From positions 1 to 64,000 of the forward strand of contig NIVC01000583.1 of NCBI GenBank assembly GCA_002269645.1: a DNA stretch of 64,000 nt, read 5' to 3'. Position numbers and translations under genes: made by a program. The notes beneath the pieces were generated by a model. It worked only from the letters and a program-made list of their open reading frames with translations. It ran no database searches and had not been told where the DNA came from. The stretch comes from Macrostomum lignano. Its lineage: Eukaryota. Of the stretch, positions 37,753-48,317 are shown in pieces. How positions within the stretch are numbered: the stretch's first letter is position 1; each line of letters starts with the position of its first letter.

Positions 37753-38349
37753 ATGGAAGACTGCCCGATATGCCTCGACACCAAGCCGTATATGGTGCCT
37801 ACGTGCGCATGGGGCCATCTGGTCTGCAACGACTGTGGCGAAAGAGAGGAAATTACACGATGTCCACTCTGTCGACAAGACAGGGTGTGGTGTATCGTTT
37901 GCGGCGACCTCCCCCAACTCCAATTGTGCACCCAAGGCCATTGGAGTTGCGTTTCTTGTGCCGAAACAATCGCACGCCGCGACATTCGGCACTGCCTAGA
38001 GTGCGGTTGGGCAATGACAACCACAACGCTAGACTACACGCATAGAATACCAGTCGTTCCGGAAACCCAGCTCCACACGGAACAAATAGCCACAATGTCC
38101 ACAGCTGACCTGACGTGGGCCATCCGGACATGGCCCGTGACCTTACGCCAAGTCGTCTTCCGTGACAGACTGCTAGAAATGGGCCGCAACATCACGGTGG
38201 ACACTACAATCACCACCGACGTGGCAGCCTATCTCACCATCCTCGACAGGACAGAAGATACAGGCTACACACCACTTCAGTTCCTATACTGGCCAATGGT
38301 CACCTTAATAATGCGGCTAAAGGCCATGCTAAGGCATGCCTTCGAGTAA
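37753..38349 (+). CDS. Accessory ORF B: tandem double RING-finger protein, 198 aa (likely start MEDCPIC)
   Basis: CPIC..C.WGH..C..C..CPLC followed by CIVC..C.QGH..C..C..CLEC. AG acceptor CCCACAG lies 2 nt before the ATG. Confidence 0.88.
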   Translation: MEDCPICLDTKPYMVPTCAWGHLVCNDCGEREEITRCPLCRQDRVWCIVCGDLPQLQLCTQGHWSCVSCAETIARRDIRHCLECGWAMTTTTLDYTHRIPVVPETQLHTEQIATMSTADLTWAIRTWPVTLRQVVFRDRLLEMGRNITVDTTITTDVAAYLTILDRTEDTGYTPLQFLYWPMVTLIMRLKAMLRHAFE

Positions 38350-38601
38350 CAAATAATTTATAACCCTTACTCTAACACGCTTAACTCGACGCGAACGCAT
38401 CGTACTAAATTAATTTGGTAATGGGTTTTTCCAAGCTAATGTCGCAATTATGATATGTACATTCCGTTCTTGCTCTATAAATACTTACATATTTATTCCA
38501 CATCATTACTATGAATTCATTCTCATTTCTGTCATTAAAACCATAATTTTATTATTCCAACTTTAAATTCGGGACGAATTTTTTGTAACCATGGGAGATA
38601 T

Positions 38602-39583
38602 TGTAGAGAACTGTAAATTATAACAAAACGCACTACTTAAAGTAATATTCTAACTAAATCAATTTAAACTCGCAATCTATTTTTAGAATGAGTCATATTT
38701 ATTTTTAGAAATTCTATTTTTAGAATGAGTCACATGCAAACAGAAGTGACTCAGAGCCCTACGTAGGACCGACGTTTATTTGATCAAGAAACCGGTTCTC
38801 GTGAGTTTTATTTGCTTAATTCCATATATGGTAATGATCAAACATTCATGACCTCCTAATCAAACATACGTGACCTAAGTAAATAACCGATTTTGAACCA
38901 GTTTTTCACCAACATTTTACTATAAATATAAGCGAAAATCCGAGTCAAAAATTCAGACTCGGAGCGGTCTCAAGAAAGACTTTGGAATACGTTAACCAAA
39001 GAAGACTCATCTCTGAGAGAAGAAATCCGGATAGATTGGTAAGCGTTTACCCGAATTAGTTAATTGTTACTAGCGCTAATAAGTTAATTAATTGAATTTA
39101 CGAGAGCCACTTTTGTCGACACATTTGAGAAAGGCCTCCTTGTTTCCTAGGATACATTCCTAGAGGATTTATTGATTTGAATTGAGTTACCCGTTACGTT
39201 TCGGACGTAACGAAGAAGACGCCCTTCAGGAGGACCTATTACAGACAGTTAGAGAATTCAATTGTTCATAAGGGCGCACGTGTACGTTCTATTGTTCATT
39301 CCGAGCTCGAGGACCGTCAAGAATTCTGATTCGCTCTCGTGTTGGTCGACCCACAGATAAAGTTAAGGACTCCAAGAAACAACAGTTGTTCACCGGAACC
39401 GGCCGCCGCCCAGCTCAGCCAAGTCAGACAGCGCTGCCCACTACAAGAACCAGACGTCTACAAACCACTAGAGGATCCGCCGCAGTAAGTTATCCGACTT
39501 GTAGATACCTAGGCACTTGTTCCCCAGTGTCTAGAAGTGGGAGTTTATTGAGTGACTGATCACCACTCAATATAAACTCTTCA
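38602..39583 (+). repeat. 3' LTR of the nested element
   Basis: Same length as the 5' LTR; no mismatch found by eye. Confidence 0.97.
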
Positions 39584-41870
39584 CGGAGATGAAACATCCA
39601 TAGAAACCGATCACACAATTCACACCAAGGAAATGTTGCAGGGCAGCAGTGTTGTGAGGAACTGGCCAGTTTTTGATGGTATTGACTCTCATTTTAAGAG
39701 GTCGGATTCCATTGGAGGAAACATGATGGCTGAGAAAGGTGACTACACTCCTAAGGAAAACATTTGCTGAGCTGAACCTTTAAGCTATGGTGAGCGAGTC
39801 GGGTCAACATGGCTTCTAGGTGTTAGAGATGCTCTTCCTCCGACCTCGAGTAGACCAGAAGGTCATCCAAGTAGGTGATGATGCAAGATAGGCCACGCAG
39901 GACAGAGTCGATGAAGCACTAGAAGGTCTGCGTGGCATTGCAAAGTCGAAAGGGCATCCTAGTCCACTCAAAAAGGCCAAATGGTGTGATGATAGCAGTC
40001 TTGGCGATATCCTTTTCTGCAATGGGGATCTGATGGTAAGCGCGAACCAGATCAAGCTTGCTGAACATTTTTGCGCCATGGAGATAATGAGTGAAACTCT
40101 GGATATGTGGGACCAGGTAACTGTCTGGCTTGGTAGTGCTGTTTAGCACTCAATAGTTGCCACATGGTTGCCATTTGCCAGATGGCTTCCTGTCTAATTT
40201 CTTTGGAACCATGTGGCAAAGAGGCGAAGCCCATGAACTCTTAGATGGATGGATGTACCCTGCATCGATGAGTTGCTAGAATTCATTAGGAGCAATGTGA
40301 AGTTTCTCCAGATAAAGCTGATGCGCTCTGGCGTGCACTGGCTGATGTCTGCCAGTGTTGATCCTATGAACAGTGTCATGCTTGATCACATCCACTGGTG
40401 GTAGCCGACCTCCCTCTACATAGATAAAGACCCTGAAATCGGCCGATCAGCCGCCTGACGCGTGGATTGCAGTCTTTATGGTAGTTCAGAGTGACGTTGA
40501 AGTTGCCGATGGTTGTCGTAGTGACAGGCAGCAGTGGAGTATGGAATGCAGTTGTTGGATCTACCAGCTGGCAAGCTTTGCAGTCGACCAAGAGACCAAA
40601 ATGTGACAGAAAATCGTAGCCAAGGATAGGGTGAACAATGGAGGCCACTATAAAAGTCCATCGATAGGCGCGGTGCAGTCCTTTAATGACAACCTCCAGG
40701 GAGATTACGCCTACAACAGGAATGGTCTCATCTTTGGCAATGGTTAATCGGAATCCTGTTGCTTGGACATTTTGGGATAAGTACTGTGGTAGGATGATAT
40801 AGACACTGCAGCGCCAATATCAACCAGGAACAGTCGGCGACACACATTGAAGAGGAGGTTGACGATAAGACAAGACTTGCACGCCGCTTTGTCTGTGGCA
40901 CTGCTAATTACGGCGTCATGGGTAGTGCCTAGAAGTTTCCTTGGGCCAGATATTCTGGCAAGTTCAAGCGGGATTGCACCAGAGTCCTTTTGTTGGGACC
41001 TATGATGCAAGGCTGGCAACCACTAGATGAGCGCGGGAACTGGCACCAGCATCTACATGTGTGTGTTTGTGCACCATAGTATAGATGTCCTCTGCAGACT
41101 ACTGGTTTTTGGCCTGGGTAGAAGGGCTCCATGCTAGATGTCAGCTGGGACTTCTGCCATGGCCCCAGTGTCTTTGAGTTACCTGCTGCACTCTGAACTG
41201 CATGGACATGGTGGCCAGATGACTGCTGGATAGCCAGCATGGAGTCCACAATGGAAGCAAGCCATGCTGGATCTTTGTCTTGGAAACTGGACAGATGAAG
41301 GTGTAGCTCTGCTGGGAGGCAGCGAAGAAGTGTGGCCTTGACCATGTCTGGGTTCTCCTTGATGTTGCACTATGCCATCTTGGCCTGCAGCCACTGTATG
41401 GTGCTGGGTTTGTCTCTTCCCAGGTCAGAGATGCTCATGACCTCATTAATTTGCTCCTGCTGACTCTTCTGAAGCATCTTCAGTATGACTTGCTTCAATG
41501 TGGTATAGTTGGCTGGAGTGTCCACAGACAATAAAACAGCTGCAATATCCTCTGGTAGATGACAGATCAGGTGGTTGAACTGCATTACCTCGGATGTGAT
41601 GTTTTGAAGGTTGAACTGAGCATCCAACATCCAAAACTATGCATCGGGGTTGCCACAAAAGAATGGTGGTACCTTAAGGGCTACCACAGCTACCGTGGGC
41701 TGGTTGACAGGTGCTGCCGCGACACTCATTCCTTGTGTAGGCAACGTGGCAGGTGCAGGCGTACCCCCGGAGGGCTGTTGGCTGACCACTGATGGTGTGT
41801 TGGTGTTTCCTTCCGCTATTGGATCGTACACATTGAATGAATTGAATGCTCTGAATGAAATACTAGTCAA
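39584..41870 (-). pseudogene. gag-PR-RT remnants of the outer Gypsy element
   Basis: Fragments in several frames with stops and frameshifts (ORFs 41637..41870, 41370..41630, 40929..41345, 40744..41019, 40376..40648, 39919..40149). Confidence 0.88.
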
Positions 41871-43384
41871 TTAGATGCCTCACCAGACCAGTTGTAGTGG
41901 GTTTGCAAAATAAGTAAGGCTTGTAAGTGGTGGTTCGTTTGTTTATTTTTGATAATTGAGATTACAGAACCTTGCTTATTAGCTGGGTTTGCCTGGTGTG
42001 TATTTATAGAAAAATTAACGGTATTCTAGAAATTTCTTTAAGATTATAACAAAGATATGGTATTATAATATATACTGTAGTTAATAATGGTAAATGCATT
42101 AAATAAGAATATGGCTAATAATTAAAGTTTAAGTTATGTAAAGTTTAAACATAGAAAAATTTTGCTATAGAAATTTGCAGAAAAATGGGGAAATTTCTTT
42201 TACTTAATTTAGAAATTTTACTCATATAGAATGTGCAAAGAGAAAGGGAAATTTCTAGAAGCTAGGTACATTGGAATAACATTGCAACAGGCCTATGTTG
42301 TCCTAAATTAGTATCATACTTTTGCTAAACCATATAACTCCTAATACCAGGAGGGGAAAGAGCAAAAAGTTTAGACACTATCCTTGGGCATAGAGTTTGA
42401 AAGCCCTTAAAATGGTATAATAAGCATTTTCTTCTAGAATATTATAGTCTTACAAAATTGAATATATATTGATATATAATTTGTTTATCTCTTGTCTAGT
42501 ATTTGAGGCATGTATAAAATGTATTTATATTAACTAAAAGTTAGATTTTTCTTACTTGGTACTATAGATATTAATAGGAAGAATGAAGAAAAGAAAATAC
42601 TTGAATAAACAAAAAAAATAAAAGAGAAGAAAGTTATAACTGCAGCATTTTTGGTAGGAACTATGGTTTTTTAGGCTATCACCACCAAATATCAAAAATA
42701 TTTATTTCTACTATCAAAGTCTCCTCTGGTGTTAAAGGTTTAATTTTACACTGTTTCAATTTTTACACCTTTTTCGTTGGCTTTTATTGAGGCCCTAGAA
42801 GTGCACTAACAAATAAATTGTATTAACACACAAGTAATAGACATTATTAAGGTTCATATCAGTCAGCTTTGCAATTTTTTTTTCATTCTAAAAGACTTGC
42901 CATAATACAAATATTTCCATAGTTTAAGTCCATAGTTTATATATAGTCCTTTCCTTTCACCCAACTATTGCACTTTAGCCTAATCTCCATTTTGAACTCC
43001 TTGACATGTTTGGCTACATGTTCTTAACATGTTTAATCTAAAATTGACATTTTTTCTGCAGGCTAAAAATTCTAAGGCACATCTATCTAATGCATTTTCA
43101 AACTATGTTAACAGTTTTTGCGGACTGTATATATTCGAATGTATTTGTCAATTAGTAAAATTCATTATTAAATTCCTTTTTGCACTCTTTTGCAGCGAAT
43201 TACTTCTTAAGAATGCAGTTAAAGTCAGAAGTTGGCATCCTGATGATAGATGTAAGTGCAAGCGATTCAATTTATTGTTCTTTTACTCCAGTTCAAATAT
43301 TTATAGTTTTTAAACAAGAAATAACGATAAGGTTTGCTCTTACATGAAAAATACTGTTACTGGACTACCGCCAAACCTCCTACA

Positions 43385-43825
43385 TCCCCATTTCCCAGTT
43401 TCTGGGCCAGCCTCCCAGATCCTCGTTGCTGTGCCAGCCTCCCAGAGTGTCAGTTGTTGGGCCAGCCTCCCAGATCCTCAGTTGCTGGGCCAGCCTCCCA
43501 GAGTGTCAGTTGTTGGGCCAGCCTCCCAGATCCTTAGTTGCTGGGCCAGCCTCCCAGATCCTCAGTTGCTGGGCCAGCCTCCCAGATCCTCAGTTGCTGG
43601 GCCAGCCTCTCAGATCCTCAGTTGCTGGGCCAGCCTCCCAGATCCTCAGTTGCTGTGCCAGCCTCCCAGAGTGTCAGTTGTTGGGCCAGCCTCCCAGATC
43701 CTCAGTTGCTGGGCCAGCCTCTCAGATCCTCAGTTGCTGGGCCAGCCTCCCAGATCCTCAGTTGCTGTGCCAGCCTCCCAGAGTGTCAGTTGTTGGGCCA
43801 GCCTCCCAGATCCTTAGTTGCTTGG
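43385..43825 (+). repeat. Minisatellite, 28-bp unit GCCAGCCTCCCAGATCCTCAGTTGCTGG
   Basis: Tandem copies of two variants. Confidence 0.93.
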
Positions 43826-44542
43826 CCACCGCCTATCCCTCAGTCTCAGATTCTCAATTAAAAGTAGCAATAACACTTAGGCAGAAAATTAGATTATTAG
43901 AGCAATATCCCCACTAAACTACTAACAGTAAGGATCGTTAAGTTTCAGTGAGCGGTTTTTTCCCATATTGTAAACCTGAACTGTTAGCAACATGCGGCCA
44001 CGCCGATCTGTCCAACCTGGCCAGCTGGTTGAAGGGGACCAAAAGAATCCCCTTTTTAGGCCAAGGACGGCACTTTTGGACCGGCCCTTGAACCAGCTTA
44101 ACAGATTGGGCGAGTGGAAAATTTAATTACAGGTGTTCTTAAGCGCAAACTTACCTTTCGATGATGTTTAATGTAGTTGAGGCTTGCCTGGCTTGCTTCA
44201 AGCGTTTCCTAATTGCCACTTCTATCTGGCGCGACTGCCTCTATATTTATAGTATTCGAAGGCTGCTGTCGATACCGGATGTTAATAATTGAAGAAAGCG
44301 GCAAATTTATAAATAGCTTCAAATTCTAATCTTACTCATCATCTCCGACTGCCGGATTTCATCCGTGCAGCCTGGAACAGCGCATACTATTCAGAATAGA
44401 TATGTATATGTATATATAAACAGTGCTTCATAATGCAGCCCCATCGAGTGAAGCAAATCTCAGCGGCCTGTTCTGTCAGTTGCTATGCCAAACGGGTATT
44501 TTTTAAATTGCATTCAATTCAAGTCGAACCGGTGTCCCGTGC

Positions 44543-46788
44543 CATAGAAATCTAGAATACTAACTGGAAGTGAAGGCTTTCGCGGGGGCGTACATACCCG
44601 GGCCGGGATAAAAAGCTCCTCTTCCCCAAAAGTTTTATTTCCCCCAAAATTTTAATGTTTATTTATCATTCTTTCCATTGAAACAATTTTATTTTGCTCA
44701 AATTTTGCTACAATTAAGGAATCAGCCGTTCTCTTCTCATGTGGTAGCGGGACATTAAAAAAGGCGCTATCTTTTGCTGGGAGCTCCAGAGACTGCCTTT
44801 TCTGAAAATTGTTATATACGTTTTTAATTGTGTGCGTTGGGTCAAACAGAAGGAAAATCTTCTTTTCTCGATGGAACGGATGGGGTACGCATGTTTGCAG
44901 AATGCCACCGCAAAGCTTGTGGACAAAAAACGCACGGTTTGCGGAATGGTTGTCAACCAAGATGGTCACTACATTAAGGTTTGTGCGCTGCAGCATCCCC
45001 ATGACGCTCGTGTAGTGCTCGTGCAATATTTCGGCAGTCAACTTGCTGAGGGGGAAAAGTGCGACGACATCGCGGTACTTTCCGGCGATTGACTTGACCA
45101 TGAAGCACAGCATTGTTGAAGCCGGGTTGGCCTCCTGCATGCCAACAATAGACCCGGAAGAGTAGTCTATTCTTCGATTTAGGTGTATCTCATCAATAAT
45201 CAGGTTGACATTACTCTCCATTATTGACAGATTTTGAGTCCGTAGATGAAGGTAATTTTCGTCCGAGACGCCAGGGCTGACAGACAGAGGACTAGAAATC
45301 GCCGTTAGTCGTCTAACTGATGGCAGAACAAGCAGGTCTTGATCCAGCAGCACCTGGTAGCAAGCTGAACTGGTGGACTTCAGCACCATGGCAAACACTA
45401 TCAAACCAGGGGAGTACCGTCTAGCCTCCTTTGCCTGGCAACGAAGCCTAAGCTGCTCCACTATAAACTGGATTTGCTGCATCAGTGGCGTGGCAGAGTC
45501 ATTCGATTCCTCCAGCAAGTTGCACAGGCAATCGATGGCAGCTTCAATCCATTTAGCTTCTGCGCTTCTCGGATTGGGATCAGGGATGCCCCACGATTTT
45601 ACTAAAGCTAATAAGTTTTGAATCTGCGAAAACAAGGTGATCTTTTCGAGATCCAAAAATTGTTCAAATCGCTTCATTGGAACCGGTTGTCCTTTCAAAC
45701 TTACAGAAGCAATCATATCGCGTTGAATTTTTACAGAGCAGACCAGATTCGGGACATCCTCCACATCAATCAGGCAGAACGCAATGGAGTCGGCGCCAAA
45801 CACAGGAACGAATCCAATAGGAATCGGATTGCTCTCTAGCATGGTCTTGATTTCCTCCAACGATCCCACTTTATCCAACGACAGAAACTCCGATGCCGCT
45901 GTTTCTAGCCTGTCACTTTCGGCTTGGTGTCGTAGCCCAGCTGTGGCTGATTCGGTCCGGGAAGTAGAAGCCATTGGCTGCAGTCTTTCCGGAAGTTGAG
46001 GAAAAACAGAGGGGATGGCTCCCTTTCGTAAAACGCGCAGGCTCAGTTGCGCATTTCTCTTGCGCTTTCGACGAGTGTTGGAGTCTTGCGATGTGCTGAT
46101 GAAGTCCGACTCCAAAAAGTGCGCAGAGCACAACCGAGACTCCTTAGTTGGGGCATAGTGCTCTCTGCGAATTCTTCGGAGCCACTCAGTCATCAGTTGT
46201 GGATCATTTAACGGAAAGGCATGGAAAGATGTTTTCACATTCGATTCATTGTTCGAAGTCCTTCTTGCGTAGCCAGATTGGCAATTAAATGCAGCGCATT
46301 TGTATCCCATCTAGGCAAATTTGTGATATTCAGTTTTGGCAGGATTTGGGTGCTAACAGCCGGTTGCCTCTTTGTTATATATATTATTTTCCTGTGCAGA
46401 ATACTGTTTGATGTACATTTCCCTCCTCTCCTCTCGTTTCCCATATTCTTTCCTTCCTCCCAAGAATATCCCCACTCCTATTCAATTGATCGTGCACCAC
46501 TGTAAAGAGCTCTCTGTTTTGCTCCAGTCCAGGGTTTGCTATCACTGTACGCTCGTACAGCATTTACAGTGTACATCTGGGTGCTGTCTGAGCTTGAAGG
46601 GAATGAGAGATGAAGGCATGAGCAACTAGAAAGAGTTTTAAAGGGCTGGGGGGTTTTGGGAGGGTCTTTTGGATGCGGGTTTAGTCACTATAACATTTTC
46701 AAGCTAAAAAGAATCGGCCCGGGTAGGTACGACTTGAACTCCCCGACAAAGAAGCCTTCACTTCCAGTTAGTATTCTAGATTTCTATG
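44543..46788 (-). mobile_element. P-superfamily (THAP-transposase) DNA transposon, probably internally deleted, 2246 bp
   Basis: Perfect 37-bp TIRs CATAGAAATCTAGAATACTAACTGGAAGTGAAGGCTT at 44543-44579 and 46752-46788. 7-bp TSD CCCGTGC at 44536-44542 and 46789-46795. Confidence 0.93.
44652..46310 (-). CDS. THAP-domain P-element/THAP9-like transposase, C-terminally truncated, 552 aa
   Basis: THAP pattern CAAFNC..FHAFP..W..CSAHF..AIPSVF. Catalytic-region motifs LIIDEI, LVDNHSAN and FDPTH.IKN..NN are present, then similarity appears to end. Confidence 0.88.
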   Translation of the reverse strand: MGYKCAAFNCQSGYARRTSNNESNVKTSFHAFPLNDPQLMTEWLRRIRREHYAPTKESRLCSAHFLESDFISTSQDSNTRRKRKRNAQLSLRVLRKGAIPSVFPQLPERLQPMASTSRTESATAGLRHQAESDRLETAASEFLSLDKVGSLEEIKTMLESNPIPIGFVPVFGADSIAFCLIDVEDVPNLVCSVKIQRDMIASVSLKGQPVPMKRFEQFLDLEKITLFSQIQNLLALVKSWGIPDPNPRSAEAKWIEAAIDCLCNLLEESNDSATPLMQQIQFIVEQLRLRCQAKEARRYSPGLIVFAMVLKSTSSACYQVLLDQDLLVLPSVRRLTAISSPLSVSPGVSDENYLHLRTQNLSIMESNVNLIIDEIHLNRRIDYSSGSIVGMQEANPASTMLCFMVKSIAGKYRDVVALFPLSKLTAEILHEHYTSVMGMLQRTNLNVVTILVDNHSANRAFFVHKLCGGILQTCVPHPFHREKKIFLLFDPTHTIKNVYNNFQKRQSLELPAKDSAFFNVPLPHEKRTADSLIVAKFEQNKIVSMERMINKH

Positions 46789-47094
46789 CCCGTGCTGCTA
46801 AATTTAATTTCTGCCTTCCTGTTTACGCTGAGGTGAAGGCTTTGCTTTGGTTTGTATGAAACTCTTGCCTTGAGTTTATAAGATTTATTTGGCTGTGGCT
46901 ATTCAGCGGATGGATTGCTTGCTATGATAATTATTATATTTTGCAGCCTATTTCCGCTTAGATTTTATCTATAAATATTCTATAGCTGCCCATGTATTAT
47001 AGACTGATAATTAGCTGTGGATTTCTTGGATTGTTTATGACTGTTATTGGTTGTAAAGTTTGGGGAAATATGTGTAATTGTGAGGTTTGGGGAT

Positions 47095-47400
47095 TGTGAA
47101 GATTGAGATTGTGAAGATTGGGGATTGTGAAGATTGGGGATTGTGAAGATTGGGGATTGTGAAGATTGGGGATTGTGAAGATTGGGGATTGTGAAGATTG
47201 GGGATTGTGAAGATTGGGGATTGTGAAGATTGGGGATTGTGAAGATTGGGGATTGTGAAGATTGGGGATTGTGAAGATTGGGGATTGTGAAGATTGGGGA
47301 TTGTGAAGATTGGGGATTGTGAAGATTGGGGATTGTGAAGATTGGGGATTGTGAAGATTGGGGATTGTGAAGATCGGATTTGTGAAGATTAGGGATGTGA
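47095..47400 (+). repeat. Minisatellite, 16-bp unit GAAGATTGGGGATTGT
   Basis: Nearly homogeneous tandem array with a degenerate right flank. Confidence 0.95.
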
Positions 47401-48317
47401 AGTTTAGGAGGAACTGTGAAGCTTGGGATTGCGAAGTTTGGGGATTGTGAAAATTGAAGATTGTGAAGCTTGGGGATTCAGAAATTTGGAAATTATGAAT
47501 CCAGATGACTTGTGGAATGTAAAATTTAGGAAGTTTGTGAAAGCACCGCGCCTATCTTACAATTTCACTACTTTGATCTAATTCGTCCAGGTCGTATCAA
47601 GGGTCCAACGGTTTTCCCCGAAATAGTTGCGGTCATAGCCAGCAGCTGTTTCGTAGTATAGTATTAGGCCATAATCCATAGTATAATCCATAGTATTAGG
47701 CCAAAGGTCACAGTTGGACAGTTGACATTGAAATGTTCGATGCGGTTCAAGCTTAGAAACCCGGGGCGGCATATGCTAGAAGCAATCTAGCCAACTAAGT
47801 GAAATTCTCAGCAGAAAGATGATGGACGAGCAACTGGTTGCTTTTTGTTTAAAGCTACGGGGGTATTATCCAGGGGTTTTGAGGGCTTTCTTGGTTAACC
47901 TTTGACAATCGTCCGCGCCGCGCTTATGCTTTTTGTCAGCTGTTATCTACATATAAGGATTGCATACAGCAGCAGTGCATATCTATTTCGGCAGATCCTA
48001 TTTCACACACATTTCTCCATTCCCATAGCGGCAAGATTTGCTGTTGTGCAAGAAGTTTCTGCTTTCAATCATTATTCAGCATGGCTGGCTCTTATCAAAC
48101 TGAGGCTGGAAGGCTGGATTCGCTATCTCTAAGGTGGCTTTCTTGCTTGGAATTGTTTATAATGAAACGATTACGCAATAGACTAAAAGCGGGCCCCAGT
48201 GTCCCGTTACTTGCTTGCGATGAGGAATGATCTCTTTGTTCTCGGACCCGAAATATCATAGCATTCATTCTATCCAGCGATGGCTCCACACTTCCTAGTT
48301 GGTTATAGAATTCCGGA

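Larger units (their letters stand above)
28082..39583 (+). mobile_element. Intact env-bearing Gypsy-type (Metaviridae-like) LTR retroelement, 11502 bp
   Basis: 982-bp LTRs at 28082-29063 and 38602-39583 (TG...CA). 4-bp TSD CGGA at 28078-28081 and 39584-39587. PBS-like TGGTGATCTCGCCCAGG after the 5' LTR; short purine tract ATGGGAGATA before the 3' LTR; domain order PR-RT-RH-INT. Confidence 0.97.
25655..42289 (-). mobile_element. Decayed Gypsy (Mag-like) LTR retrotransposon, interrupted by the nested element at 28082-39583
   Basis: 5' LTR 42289-41893 (TG...CA on the minus strand). 3' LTR 25979-~25655 is truncated and diverged. PPT AAGGGGGACTAT precedes 25979. Broken gag (LKVPPFFCGNPDA, DAQFNL), PR (FLVDIGAAVS), RT (FSKLDLVRAYHQIP), RH and INT fragments are present. 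Confidence 0.9.
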
